Positions 13,351-27,900 of a stretch of DNA of 64,000 nucleotides are shown here, in pieces (the stretch's first letter is position 1; each line of letters begins with the position of its first letter). The stretch is from Camelus ferus (Eukaryota), in contig NC_045696.1 of the NCBI RefSeq assembly GCF_009834535.1, forward strand, positions 116,934,001 to 116,998,000, written 5' to 3'. The notes beneath the pieces are model-generated. The model saw only the letters and a list, made by a program, of their open reading frames with translations, ran no database searches and was not told the origin of the DNA. A program made the translations under genes and the position numbers.

Positions 13351-14214
13351 AAATCACGTTTCCAGGTCAATACTAAGTATATTTCATATTGTAAATGTGA
13401 TTTGCAGGATTTATTTTTAAATCAATATAATCATATTTTGAGTCAGAGGACACTGGGAGAGATGTGCGTGGTGACACCGCAGGCGCTGTAGTTAAAAGAA
13501 TGACCATAAAGTTACCGCATGGCTTCCCCGTGCCCTTCCCTGCTTTGGGAAGGTATAGATGTATGGGATGGGTGGTAAGAGAAGGTTCTAGATCAATCAA
13601 TGAGTCTTTGAGGCAAAAGTCTAATTACTCTGAGTTCAAATGAACTTACTTTTATTATAAATGCATGCTTTCATTATCCAATTAATGTAGCCATATGACA
13701 AAGCCTTAGGAAACCAGAGAAGAAATAAAAATATTTCCCATTATTCTAAGTTTCTCAGCTACTGGTAATAATTTTAAACTAGTTTTTAAAACTTTTTATT
13801 TTAAATCATTCATAAGTAATCATGTAATTGTGAAACTGATTTTTTTTTTCACTTGTAATTGTGTGGCCAGGTTAATAAGATCTGTTCAATTAGATATTTG
13901 GATCAGTTTATAGGTTTCCAGGAGGATATTTTAGTTTTTATTAAAAGAGAGATATGAGAAAACAAATGCTCTCACCATCCAGGCCATTGTGCCCTTCTAC
14001 CTTCTCTTTCCCCTCATTCCTACCTTGGGATTTAGTTGTGGTGTCTAGAGCTATGGCAGTCATTCTGTGGCCCTGAGGTGGCATGTTTGAATATGGCAGA
14101 ACTAAAGGATGGAAAAATCCTGGAATTTTTATGACACCTTTGAATAGCAGAACTAATGTCAGTATTTACACTGGAAGTAATTTTTAATAGGTATGTACTG
14201 ATTTCCATTTTAAA

Positions 14215-16252
14215 GAATTTAATTAGTAGCTGATGTACAATATTTCATGTTACAGGTGTACAATATAGTGAGTTACAATTTTTAAAGGTTATACTCCATT
14301 TGTAGTTATTATAAAATATTAACTACGTTCTGTTTGTTGCACAATATATCCTTGCAGCTTATTTTACACATAACTGTTTGTCCCTCTGAGTCCTCTACCC
14401 CTATATTACCCCTTCCCTCTTCCCACTGGTAACCACTAGTTTGTTCTCTATCTCTGTGAGTCTGCTTCTTTTTTGTTGTATTCACTAGTTTGTTGTATTT
14501 TTTAGATTCCACATACAAGTGATATCATGCAATATTTGTCTTTCTCTGTCTGACTTATTTCACTTAGCATAATCCCCTCCAAGTCCATCCATGTTGTTAC
14601 AAATGATAACATTTCATTCTTTTTTATGGCTGAGTAGTCTTCCACTGTGTATATATACCACATCTTCTACACTGATTCATCTGTTGATGAACACTTGCTA
14701 ATATTTTGTTGACAACTTCTACATGTAAATTCATCAAGGATATTGGCCTGTGATTTTCTCTACTTGTGGCATCCTTCTCTGGTTGTGGTATCAGGGGAAC
14801 ACTGGCCTTATGAAATGAATTTGGAAGAGTTCCTTTCTCTTCTGTTTTTTGGAAGAGTTTGAGAAGGGCTGGTATTAACTCTTCTTTGAATGTTTGGTAG
14901 ATTTCATCAGTGAAGAGTTCTGGTCCTGGACTTTTGTTCTTGGAGAGGTTTTTGATTACCAATTCAATCTGCTTACTAGTCATCATTCTGTTTCATAATG
15001 ATTCAGTCTTGGTAGGCTGGATGTTTCTAGGAATTTATCCATTTCTCTCAGGTTGTCCAGTTTGCTGCCGTATGAGTGTTCATAGCAGTCTCCCATGCTC
15101 CTTTGTATTTCTGTGGTATCACATGTAACATCTCTTTCATTTCTGATATTATTTATTTAAGTTCTCTCTCTCTTTCTTGGTAGGTCTGGTTAAAGACATG
15201 TCAATTTAGGCTGTCTTTTCAAATAGTCAGTTCTTAGTTTTAAGAATCTCCTTTTTAGTTTCATTTATTTGTGCTCTGGTAATTGTTATGTCCTTCCTTC
15301 TACTAACTTTGGGCTTCATTTGTTCTTTTTCTTAGTTCCTAGAGGTGTTAAGTTAGGTTATTTGAGATTTTTCTTGTTTCATGAAATAGGCATTTATTGT
15401 TATGAACTTCCCTTTTAGAACTGCCTTTGTTGCATCTCACAAATATTGGTATATTTCCATTTCCATTTGTCTCAAGGTGTTTTTAAATTTGTCTTGATTT
15501 CTTCTTTGACCCATTGGTTATTCATAAGCATATTCTTTAATATCCATGTATTTGTGAATTTTCCAGTTTTCTTCATGTAATTAATTACTAGTTTCATGCC
15601 ATTGTGGTCAGAAAAGATGCTTGACATGATTTCAATCCTGAATATATTTTAAAATCGACTTTGTGGCCTAACATGTGATCTGTCCTAGAAAATGTTCCAC
15701 GTGCACTTGGGAAGAATGTATATTCTATTTTTTTTTTTTTTTTGGATGGAATGTTCTGTTTATGTGTTTACGTTGGTCCATTTGATCTAACATGTTATTT
15801 AAGGTGGATGTCTCCTTATTGATTTTCAGCTGGATGATCCATCCATCAATGTAAGAGGGATATTAAAGTCCTCTAGTATTATTGTATTGCTGTCTATTTC
15901 TCCATTTAGGTTTGTTAATATTTGCTTTATATACATAGGTGCTTTTATGTTGGGTGCATAAATATTTACAAATGTTATATTCTCTTGTTGGACTGACCCC
16001 TTTATCACAATGAAATGCCTACCTTTGTCTGTCATTATACTCTTTTTTTAAAGTCTATTTTGTCTGATATAAGTATAGTTGCCCCAGCTTTCTTTTGGTT
16101 TCCATTTGCCTGGAATAACTTTTCCATTCCTTTACTTTCAGTCTGTGTGTCCTTACATCTGAAATGAGTCTCTTTTAGGGAGCATGTAGATGGGTCTTAT
16201 CTTTTTAATCCATTCAGCCACTGTCTGTCTTTTGACTGAAGAACTTAGTTCA
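14215..16252 (-). mobile_element. L1 with endonuclease region, internal deletion of the RT core, and 3'UTR
   Basis: ORFs 15826-16035 (IKGSVQQENITFVNIYAPN, EN domain) and 14624-14986 (KSPGPE...HRPISLMN) are L1 ORF2. The sequence jumps to the ORF2 C-terminus at ~14696. Confidence 0.9.
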
Positions 16253-17527
16253 GCACAAAATATATTGCCAGATCTTTTATCAAGTAGGAAAAATAAAGTC
16301 CAATTTGTTCAAACCTCTGATATTTGGGTTTTCTTATATTTGAAGCTAAAACGATTCCTAACTGAAACATACATTATCATGAATATTTCCCCAATCATTT
16401 CTGTTTTAATAACTATAATTTGAATGGAGACATAATACCCATTGTAGCAAAAGTTAATTAGCTAATCCTCCATTCTGATAATTACATACGTTTGAGGGGG
16501 GGGGAACTTTCTAGATCTGCTCCTTAAAAGTTTTTGGTGATAATAAAAATTAAAGTTAGTATTTTGGAATACATCTTCTGGAATAAAAAAAAAAAAGACT
16601 AAGATACCCTGCTCCCATCTACTGCTTAGACACTTATTGATATCAAATGACCTTAAATATCTGTATCAAATTCCATAATTTCCAACAAAAGTCCATTGAA
16701 GGAAAGACCTAAGATGTGTCTCTTATGATATAAATGTATGCTATAAAGTAGCATCACCCTAAACACTTTTTTTTGCTCTGTTTTATATTAACTAGAATTT
16801 TAGAGACGAGGAGGTTAGGTAATCAGTTCCTCTGCCCTTGTAAAGCTCTTCCTCATTTGCGTTATTCATCCATAATTGGAAAGCAAGACGCATTTGCTCA
16901 GCATGTCTTTATATAATCACAAAAGAGTTGCTACTTTTCACAATTAAGAAATTCTCAGAAAGGGGTGCAAATGTCTGCAAAAACAAAGACTTGGAGTAAT
17001 CTCTACTTCTCTGGGGTTTTTTCCCCTCCTTTTTCAATTTGTTTTATGGTTTCCAGTCACTGTCTTCTCCGTCTAGAGACAGCACAATTGTACCACTTCA
17101 CATATTTGCAGCATTGCCAAGGAGATGAGAGAGCAATCTTGTTCTTGGTTTGTCCAGGAAGCAGAAGCAAGGTCCGTGGATACACGTTATAAAAAAAAGA
17201 GATTTCATCTCAGTATGAATATAATTGTAGCTAATAGCTAGGGCTGCCCCAAAGATCACCAGCTACCCTAAGTGCAGTGAGCTTCCTATCACCAAGAGTA
17301 CTCAGGCTGAGACGGATGACTGACACACGGATGCAACAGGAAGGGGACTCCAACGAGCCTAGAAACTTAGCCTAAGACCATTAACAAAAATCTAAGAAAT
17401 AATCTTGCCAGGCTTTCTTAAAGGGTTTCCTCCAACCAAGCCCTGAATTCTGGAGATCTTTTCTTTTAAATATAGAAATAAAGTATTCAAATCAAAGTGC
17501 TACATTTCTCATCATAAAATTTTAGGA

Positions 17528-17530
17528 TAT

Positions 17531-17589
<59 letters not shown>

Positions 17590-17595
17590 TATATA
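17528..17595. repeat. (TA)n/(CA)n compound microsatellite
   Basis: Directly visible. Confidence 0.95.
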
Positions 17596-18487
17596 AATTA
17601 TAAGTTGTTATATATGTATGTATATAGCCCTTGACCAAGTCTCAGAATGGACTCTTTAATCACATTTTCTCCTAAACAATAGAGATATTACTTGGATTTA
17701 AATTGTTTTGAAACAGAAGATACACACACACACACAGGCCCCGCAGTTACATAACATCTTGGTCCTGTTTTGAGTTCCCACTGGCCCAAGCACTTCGATC
17801 TCTCAGAGCTGTTAGGCTAATTGCACAGATTTCTCAGTGTTGCTGTCTACATTCCCACCAAGCTCAGTTTGGAAAGTACAGGGTCCTCATCACCCGCATT
17901 CTGTGATGCTAATTATTGACTGATATTTGCTTCTGCACAGATTCATGTAAATCACTGAAATCAAGGAAGGCACTGGTATACAATGGTAAGTTACTCTCTA
18001 ATACTCAAGTGGGGTTTTTGTGCTGATGTCAAGGGCAGGGTTTTACAAGCCACCATGGGCTTTTGGAGAGAAGAACCAGGGTTGCCACGTGCAACTTGAG
18101 CAGGTTATGTCCTGAAAGAGTCTGCCTGATTGAGGGCTGTGTGGGACTGAAATCCAGGCTGCATTCAGCTCATCAAGTCATGAGCCCGGGTATTGTGCCA
18201 TGTCCACTGGACGTATGACCTCTCATCAAATGGGATTTCCAGGAGATTTATAAAAAATAATTATAGAAACAAATGATAAAACCCTTTACAGCTCTTTGCT
18301 TCATTAACATGTGTTATTTAACTTAACCATGAAAGATACACTTATATCCTATAACCTCCTATCATTCTATAATACAGATAAAAATACTGAAATATAAGAA
18401 AGTTAAGTGACTTCCAAAGGAATTACAATTAGTCAAAGGAGAACAATAAAGTCAAGTTCAGCTGGATTTGAAAGCCAACAGATTTTT

Positions 18488-18640
18488 TTTAATTTAATTT
18501 TTATTTTTAAAAAATTTTAGATTTTTATTTATTTTATCTAGGAATTAACCATTTTAAACTGAACAATTCAGTGGCATTCAGTACACTCACCATGTTGCGC
18601 AAACACCACTTCTACCTAGTTCCAAAACACTTCCATCACC
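18488..18640 (-). mobile_element. Short L1MB-like 3' end
   Basis: 'ccattttaaactgaacaattcagtggcattcagtacactcaccatgttg' with a T-rich tail. TSD-like gaaagccaa(ca/tt)gattttt at ~18470-18487 and ~18641-18658. Confidence 0.7.
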
Positions 18641-18978
18641 CGAAAGCCAATTGATTTTTAAAATCAATTGTAATAAAATTTTTTTGCATGATGTATGCAT
18701 AGCGCAGGATATTGCGATTGACTGTATTATAAAAAAGTGAATAATTTCTATATTTAAAACTCACTCTACCTTTTTTTCCCCTCGCCTTAGGTATCTCCAC
18801 TTAGTCATGCTCTATATGAACACCTACTAATGGAGACTATGCCATTATAAGGCTGCAATTTGGGTGAACAATTTTATGCACTGCCTCATCTCAAAGTTAC
18901 ACCATGTCTTCCTTTGTTGGATTATAAGAAATGGGCCTCTAAAATGGTTAGAGTATAATAGTTTTACCTAATTCCATA

Positions 18979-20305
18979 TGTGATATTAATAAATGTGTTT
19001 GGTCTTCCTGGAACAGAGCTCCTAAAACTCTTGTAATTTCCTAAGCAATGGGATAAGCTTCTGTTATAATATTTGGTCTTTCATCCTCAAACAGCTCCAA
19101 AGTGACATAGCTCCGGAGTGATGAAGGTGAGAAAAGAACCTTGCCATTCATAACACGCTCCTTTCAACCACAACCAAGTTTGTTCATGAGGTTACTTTGG
19201 GGAAGCCTCTAAGGATGGGGGCAGTTACCAGTGGCATCAACCATCTGATTAGAAGGTTACAACTCAGCCATAAAAATAATAAAATAATGCCATTTGCAGC
19301 AATATGGATGGACCGGGAGAATGTCATTCTAAGTGAAGTAAGCCAGAAAGAGAAGGAAAAACACTATATGATATCATTTACATGTGAAATCTAAAAAAAA
19401 AAAAGACAAACTTATTTACAAAACAGAAACAGATTCACAGACATAGAAAACAAACGTATGACTACCTGGGGAGAAGAGGGTGGGAAGGGATAAATTAAGA
19501 TTTGCAGATACTAACTAATACACATAAAAAAGATAAACACGTTTATACAATATAGCACACAGAACTATATTTAATATCTTGTAATAACTTACGGTGAAAA
19601 AATATGAAAAATGAATATTATGCTCCTGTATGACTGATGTATTGCGCTGTACACCAAAAATTGACACAACATTGTAAACTGACTATATTGCAATTAAAAA
19701 AAAAAAGGTTGTGATTTTCAGCTCCACCCCACCTCCAGGTTGGGGAGAAGAGCTGGAGATTGAATGAGTCACCAATTGCCAGTGATTTAATCAATCATTC
19801 CTACACAATGAGGCCTCCAATAAAAACCCAACAAGACAGGGCTGAAAGCCATCCGGGCTTGGTGAGCACATGGAGGTGCACACCCGGAGAGCCCGGGGGC
19901 TCTACGCCCTTTCCCCATACCTGGCCCTATGCATCTTTTCCCTCTTGCTGTTCCTAAGTTACATCTTTTATAATAAATGGATAATCCAGCATGTCAAATG
20001 TTTTCTAGAGTTCAGTGACTGGCTCTAGCAAATCAATTGAACCCGAGGAGCAGGTAGTAGGAACCTCTGATTGATGGCAAATGAGTCAAAAGCACAGGTG
20101 ACGGCCAGGACTTGGGATTGGCATCTGAAGTGGGAAAGCGGGGGCAGTCTTGTGAACTGAGCCCTTAACCTGTGGGCTCTGATGTTACATTAGGACACCC
20201 AGGTTGTGTCTCAGAATTGCTTGATGAGTCGGAAAACCCACACATTGTTGGCGTCAGAGTGAAGAGAGGTATGACAGCAGAGAAGAAATCTCGAGCGTTT
20301 TTCAC
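18979..20305 (+). mobile_element. ERVL solo LTR (MER21-like) interrupted by an L1
   Basis: TG...CA ends. MER21 motifs 'cagagctcctaaaactcttgtaatttcct', 'gatttaatcaatcattcctac' and 'ttggcatctgaagtggg...gcagtcttgtgaactgagcccttaacctgtggg'. Confidence 0.75.
19263..19705 (+). mobile_element. 5'-truncated camelid L1 nested in the MER21-like LTR
   Basis: ORF 19197-19394 ends in the L1 ORF2 tail (KIMPFAAIWMDRENVILSEVSQKEK). 3'UTR and poly(A) are similar to the copy at 5877. Confidence 0.9.
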
Positions 20306-21389
20306 AAATCAGGTCATTTCCTCCAGTCTCCGTTTCCCTGTCTTTCTTACATACCGGATTGTAACCAGTGCCCTCTTACCTCACCTTCAACAGGTGCAAA
20401 CACACAGCACACACAGCAGTGCTTTCCTGTCCACCTCCCTCCCCCGCAAAGGGCACTAGAGTAATTCATCGTAAATATATTAACAGATTGGAGAGGGGAG
20501 TAAGTTAAGGGTGAGAGAAGAAGAGAACAGACAGTCTGTGATTTACCCACACCTTTCTTGTTTTTAACCAAAAAGTTTCACAGACCCAACCCCACACAAA
20601 GGAAGACTTCTCGAATAATTCAGAGACATCAGCAACTTCTATGAAGCCCCAATGGCCTTGGCATTCCACACTGGTTATTACTGGTACTGGAGAGAGATGG
20701 AAGTCAAAATCCCTCTAGAGAATCTATGGGGCCACTCTTATACTATTAAAAGATTCTCATGTTTGTTATACCGGAAAGAGAGGGGCTCTGTTACAACAGA
20801 CTTACACAGATGATCATTGTTCTATTGTTTTCATTATTAAATATTCAAACATAAAAATTAAAGAGTAATGTGACCAACATGTAGATACATATCCTCCAGA
20901 ATTAATAAATGTTAAAATATTTCCATATTAATTTTTAATTTTATGTTAGAGATGCCGTTAACATGCTTTTCTTAGTGCTGTTTCCTCTCATCCTTCCCTC
21001 AAGGCACACACAATCCTGCAGTGGGCGTGTATCCAACTCCCCTTTGTTTTCACATTTCCATCATATTTTTGTGTATTTAAACAGCATATAGAAAAGTTTT
21101 ATGTATTTCTAAAATTTACAAAAAATTGTATCATGCTTGATGGGTTGCTTTGAAGTTTGTCCCCCCAACTCCCAGTAAATTTTGTTTTGAGGTCTATCCA
21201 TGCTGATAACTCTACATCTAATTGCTTCATTTTGACTACGCTATAGTAGGCATATATCACCGTTTATCGATCTATCTCTCTAAGGATGGATATTTAATTT
21301 CCTTCTTCCCTTCTTTCCCTCCCTCTCCTCCTTTCTTACAATAAACAAAGCAGCAAAACACATAACCATGAGTGCCAGAGTTTCTGAGT

Positions 21390-24300
21390 TCAGTGTTATC
21401 TCACACATATGTTTCAGGTGTACAGCACTATAATTCAACATCTACATGCACTACAAACTGATCACCATCACAAGTTGAGTTACCATCCATCACCACACAG
21501 TTGACCCCGTTCACCCACTTTTCCCAACTCCCTTATCATCAGACGTCTGTATCTGTAAGTTTGTTTTAGTTTTATTTTGCTTGTTTCTTTTGAGGTTTTG
21601 AAGTCCACCTATGAGTGAAATCATACAGTATTTGTCTTTTTCCATCTCACTTATTTCACGTAGCATAATACCTATGTAAGATTAGGTTATTTACTTAGGA
21701 TTTCTCTTGTTTTTGAGGTCAGCCTATGTTGGTCTGAACTTTCTCTGAGAACCTCTTTTACTGCTATGAATTACAAAATCCCACAGGTATTTGATATGTC
21801 CATATTTCTGTTGTCATTTGTCTAGGTGTTTTTTGAAATTTCTTTTAATTTCTTAGATGACCCATTGGTTGTTCAGTTGTTTAATCTCTACATTTTCCTG
21901 TTTTATTTTTCCTTGTGATTGATTTCTAATTTCATTTGATTGTCATCAGAGAAGATGTTTGATAAAACTTCAATATTCTTGAATTTACTGAGACTTGCTT
22001 TGTGACCTCACATGTGATCTATCTTAGAGAATGTTCCATGTGCAATTGAGAATGTGTATTCTGCTTTTGAATGGAATGTTCTATATATATCTATTAGGTT
22101 CACCTGGTCTAAATCATTTATAGACAATGCTTCCTTAATGAATTTCTGTCCGGATAATCTATCTATTGATGTAAGTGTGGTGCTAAAATCCCCTACTATT
22201 ATTGTATTGCTTTCAACTTCTCCCTTAAGTCTGTTAATGTTAAATTGCCACATATTTCCTTAGTTGGGTGCATATACCTGTGTAATTGTTATATCTTTTT
22301 GCTGACTTGGTCCTTTTATCATTACGTAATGATCTTCTTTGTCTTTTAAAGTTTATTTTGTCTGCCAAGAGTATAGCCACTCTAGCTTTTTTTTTTTCCA
22401 TTTCTATTTGCATAAAATATCTGTTCCCATCCCTTCACTTTTTTGTCCTTTTATTGAAGTGAATCTCTTTTAGGCAACACATATGTGGGTCTTGTTTTTG
22501 TCTTTCTTTTTTTAATCTACTCAGCCCCTCTATGTCTTTCTATTAGTGAATTTAGCCCATTTACATTTAAAGTAATTATTGGTAGGTAAGTATCCTATGC
22601 CATTGTGTTAATTGTTTTCTGGCTGTTTTTGTAGTTCCTCTCTATCCCTCTCTTCTTCTCATTTTCTTTCCCTTCGTGTGTCAGTGGTTTTCTTCACTGT
22701 TGTGGATGGCTAAGTTCCTTTCTCATCATCTTCTGTGTATCTACGACAGGCTGTTGCCTTGTGGTTACCATGATGTTCACGTATGGCAGCCTATATACAT
22801 GACAGTCTATTTTAAGTTGATATTTTAAGTTTGAGCACATTATAAAACTAAATTTTTACTACAACCCCCAATGTTTTATGTTTTGATGTCACATTGTACA
22901 TCTTTTTGTGTATTCCTTAATTATTATAGTTATTTTTACCACTTTCATCTTTAAACTTCATACCAGCTCTGTGAGTGACTGATCACTACCTTTACAATAC
23001 ATTTATCTTTACCAATGGGATTTTTACTTTCATGATTTATGGGCGGTTACTAATTAGTGTCCTTAGAAGTCCCTTTAACATTTCCTGTAAGGCCATTTTA
23101 GTGGTGAAGACCTTCTTTAGCTTTTGCTTGTCTGGAAAACTATCATTCCTTCAATTCTGAATGATAACTTTGTTGGGAAGAGAAATCTTGATTGGATTTT
23201 TTTTTCTTTCAGCACTTTGAATATGTCATGCCACTCTCTTCTGTAAAGTTCCTGCTGAAAAATCTGTAGATAGTTTTATAAGGTATTCTTTCCACATGAC
23301 AAATTATTTTCTTCTTGCTGCTTTTAGGATTCTCTCCTTATCTTTAACTTTTACTGTTTTAATTATAATGTGTCTTGGTGTGTGTGTCTTTAGGTTCATC
23401 TTATTTGGGGCTCTCTGGGCACCCTGGACCTGGATGTCTGTTTCTCTCCCCAGATTAAGGAAGTTTTCAGCCAGTATTTATTCAAATAATTTTTCTGGCC
23501 CTTTCTCTCTCTCTTCTCCTTCTGAGACCCCTATAATGCGAATGTCATTCTGCTTGATGTATTCCAAAAGGTAACTTAAGATATCTTTACTGTTATTTCT
23601 TTTTTTCATTTTTCTACTCTGTATGGGTGAGTGCCAATATTTTGTCTTCCAGCTCACTGACTTTTTCTTCTACCTCATCCAGTCTGCTTTTGAACCCCTC
23701 TAGTGTATTTTTTTTAGGACAATTATAACTTCTGTTTGGTACTTTCTTATATTTTCTCTTTGATGAACTTCTCACTGTTCATACATTCTTCTCCCAGATT
23801 CAGTGAGCATCTATATTACCATTATTTTGAGTCTTTATCAGGTAGATTTTTAAATCTGTTTCATTTAGTTCTTTTTCTGAGGTTTTGTCTTGTTCCTTCA
23901 ATTGAAACATCTTTCTCTGTCTCCTTATTTTGTCTAATTCTCCTTGTTTGTTTCCGCACAGTAGGTAAATCAGCTGTCTCTCCCATGCTTGAAGAATTGG
24001 CCTTCTTTAGGAGATAGTGGGACTTAGAAGTGCAATCCCACCTGGTCACCAGAACCAGGCACTCCAGGGGTGTCCCCTATGTGTGCTGTGCGTGGCCTCC
24101 TGTTGTGGTGGGGTCAGGGCTGCTGTGGCAACATAATGCTGGGCAGGATTAGGGCCCAGCCATGGCTGTGGTGGAAACATGGCTCTGCCAGCTGTAAGTC
24201 CTGGCAGAGGCACAAGGGTAGAAAGGGCTCTCAGCAGGGCACATCCACTGGTGCTCACAGATTACAGGGAGAATTCTAAACCAGTGACCACCAGTGCCAG

Positions 24301-24907
24301 CATTAGCAAGGCAGCCTGAGACTGCAAAACTGGCTTCCACCAGTGTCTCCCAGTCCCCAGGGAGCTTCCCATCTAGTTCCAGCCTCTCCAGCAGATGCTT
24401 CAAAATTACTAAGTGGTTTCCCTTCAGTTACATCTTTGTGCTTTTCAGTCTACTGTTTCTGTGATGGTTTTTGGATCAAGTATGTCTGTGCCCAAGCCCT
24501 TTAAGACTAGGCTTTCCATTCCCTGCAGCGTTATAGCTTTCCTGGATGTATTCTTATTGGTTTTCAATGTCAGGAGACTGGGGGGCTCATCTTTCCTGTG
24601 CAAGATCTAGAAGTTGGGGTGCCTGATGTGGACCTTGAATTCCTTACTCCTCAGGGAATAGATCCATACCTTTTAATCCTTCTCAGTGTGAGTCAACACT
24701 GCTGGGGTGTGGCTATTTCCTTGACGAGACCTTATCTCTGCCTCTCCTGCCTGTCTCAGTGCCGTCCTCTTGCTTTTTGTTTTGGAGACTCAGTTTTCAG
24801 GTCCCTTTCCAAGGGAGTTATTCCACATGTAGTTGTAGTTTTGTTTTATCCTTGGTTAGAGATGAGCTCAGGGTCTTCCTATCCTGCCATCTTGAATCCC
24901 CCCCCCC
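21390..24907 (-). mobile_element. Degenerate L1 with 5'UTR, ORF1, spacer and EN region joined directly to the 3' end
   Basis: 5' end 'cctgccatcttgaatccc'; ORF1 remnants at ~23050-23900; ORF 22008-22253 is EN (NTIIVGDFSTTLT...HGTFSKIDHM). Jump to the terminal ORF2/3'UTR at ~21672. Confidence 0.88.
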
Positions 24908-27900
24908 ATTATCTAACATTTTTAATAATAAATAGAATAAACTTTCTTATTAGGAGGCAAGAATTCATTTATTCCATACCGACAGCTAAATCAAAACTGA
25001 GCATTATAACCTACAAAAAAAAGTCTATGTATTTTGCAAAATATTTATCCAGCAATTAATCTAATAATTTTAATTTTTCTAGGCATAATTAGCAAATGCT
25101 GCTGGTGACTCTTCTACTACAAACTGTCCACTTACAAAAAGTCCTTTGCTTACTATAGCATCTTCAAATTGGCACCCACTCAGTGTGCTGACAGTAATGA
25201 TAATATGAAATCAAAATTTTTTTCAGTAGTATCAAGAGTTAACAGGGCTAGCAGAGATGGCGGTCACTTAAGATACCAGCTTGGTTTATATATGGAGAAA
25301 GAAGATCAAGGCATGAGGTGTAACGATGAGAGATAAATAGCATTTGTAGTCAGAACATCAAAAAATGGCCAGGTGCAGCTGACAGGATGAACTCTTTAGG
25401 TTGAATGGAAAATTGCCATTTTGTAGGTGAAGTGTTGGCAGTTCATCAAAATAGGCTGTTACTCGTGCTTTCTGGGTTTGGCATGAGCAAGACTGGTATT
25501 TTCTGAAATATTCAAGAATTATTTCTAAGATACCTGTAGGTTCTTAAACATGTATGACCCATGACAATTGAGATTTGGATGCATTCCTTTCAGAGCACAA
25601 TGTTTCACATAATCCTCACACTAGTGGGTGGAGACTCATCCTTTACCTAGGGGTGCCATTCGAGCTGTGTGTTTTTCACAAAGGATAACATCCAAAGGGG
25701 CTGTAGGGGGCTGGTGACCCAAGGTGCTACTTAGCCCACCCAAGAAAGTCTCTCTTTCAATTGATCTGCCCAACAGGTGTGCCTTTTTCTAATTTTCACA
25801 GAAGCATCCTATAGGTTACTGTAGATCATCTCTAAATTCTATAGGAGCCTGGAAATTGAAGCGTAAGATGAACTGGGAGGTCAATGGTGAGCTGGACCTT
25901 CATGGTGTTTGCAAATGGCAACTCTCTTTGTTAGATGGGACATTTGATTTTCCTGTAGCTCAAATCTTTCTGCATCAAAAATCCCTCTGTTGAAATTGTT
26001 GAGAGATTTTCAGCTCTGGATTCTGAGTGAAGAATATGGTTGGGGAAATAAAACTGTAGCTTCTTGGCAACCAAAGAGAGATGATGTATTCCAGTTACAT
26101 TAGGACATTTGCAATCTATTATTGATTGAAGTTAATAAATCTATGGGGTATGTTTTGTTTGCTGATCATACAAGAGGCTTCTATTTGACCATGTATTTTT
26201 CTTTAAAAAATAAACAACAACAACAACAACAAAATAAAAAACTCTGTAGCACTAATTCTCCTCATCTGTGTTCTTGCTAAAAATAAATTCCAACCGAGAT
26301 ACAGCAGCAAACATCTCGAAAGTATAATTAGAAGATTCTAAAAGCATTCCAGCACAGTGACCTCTGACTAGAGGTAGGTATTGTGTATTCACTTTCGGTA
26401 TCAGGTCTCAACTCATTGCAATTAATTTGATGTACTGATTTAATATCTCGGGCAGGAATGTATTTACCTGGCAAGGACACTGGAGAAGATGATTCTAGGA
26501 GAAAAGGAATGTTTGCGAATGAAGATGAGATCATTTGATGAAACCAAAGCCTAGAGTGAGTAGCATCCACAGAATCAGACCCCAAACACTCATTATCTCA
26601 GGGCTCAATCTCTCAAATCAGAGCTAATAATGATTCAGCATTGCATTGTTGGGTACTTTCACTCTGTAGAAGAATACCTTGGGGTTCAAAGGAAGCCAAG
26701 CAACAGATCTACTCTTGTAGGCTGGTGCATTAAGAGAGGGTTATTTAAACTAGAGCCAAGTTATAAAGAACCATTTCAACAATAATGTCTAAGCTACCAG
26801 CAGTTCTGGAGAAAAGATGCCATTTCTCTTTTCCAATATATAAATTTACTATTACTTTTAAAATGATCTGTTCTGATCACACAAGTAACAAAGTACTAAA
26901 TAAAATGTAAAGTGCAGAAAAATTATAATTCTGTTATATGAAGACAACCAGATCATTTTCTCTCACCTTTCTTATTCAATTAAAGGAAGTTATAGATTGC
27001 CTACAACATGCCAAGCATTATGTATAGTAAGAGAAATGTACTGAACAAAACACACTCCCTGCCCTCAAATTACGTGTCATCTAATGGGGAACATACGTAA
27101 ACAAAAAGGAAAACGCAAGTACATTTTGATCAGTGTTATCGTAAGAGGACATATTCATATTTTATACTGAGAATCAATTTTTTAAAAATTTGGATGACTC
27201 ATTTTTAGTAGCTAATATATGTTTTCCCCATGATGGTAGATATATATTTTGAACATCATGTTACTGATTATAAAGTGGTTTATGCTTTGAATACATTATA
27301 GTTTATTAAACATTTTTCTTATGTTTCTATATTCAGATTATTTAAAATTTCCCACTCCTTAACTAACATAGGGATGGACATCTTTCACCTTTGCTCTAAG
27401 GCAAACTCCTGGAAATTAAAAGTTTTGGTTTAAAAAAAATAAGAACATTTCTAAAACTCCCAGCATATATTGCAAAATTGCTTTACAATAGAACAAAAGC
27501 ATTGTGCCAAATTACATGCTCACAGGAGGTGAGACTTTTAAAAGGTACAAACACAAGTGCACACTAGTAGATAATCACACTGTCCTTAATTTCACTACAG
27601 TTTAACATGTTTCTAAGTGCAAACAATCTCTTAATTCTTGGGCACAAGTGAATACGTGTTTATATTACATAAAGATTCTGAGATGATAATTGGTTTTATC
27701 CGACTGTTATCTTTCTCAAAACTAAAACTTCTTTTTAAAGCAAAAGAAGGTAAATCTTGAGTAGCATGTAACCAATGACATATTATGCATTTTTCTGACA
27801 CCTTTTATCACAACCATCTAAAACCATGATGTAGCAAGATGGCAATCCCACTGACTGGTAATCCCACCATCAAGGCTGGCATCTATGCTACCTGATTCTG

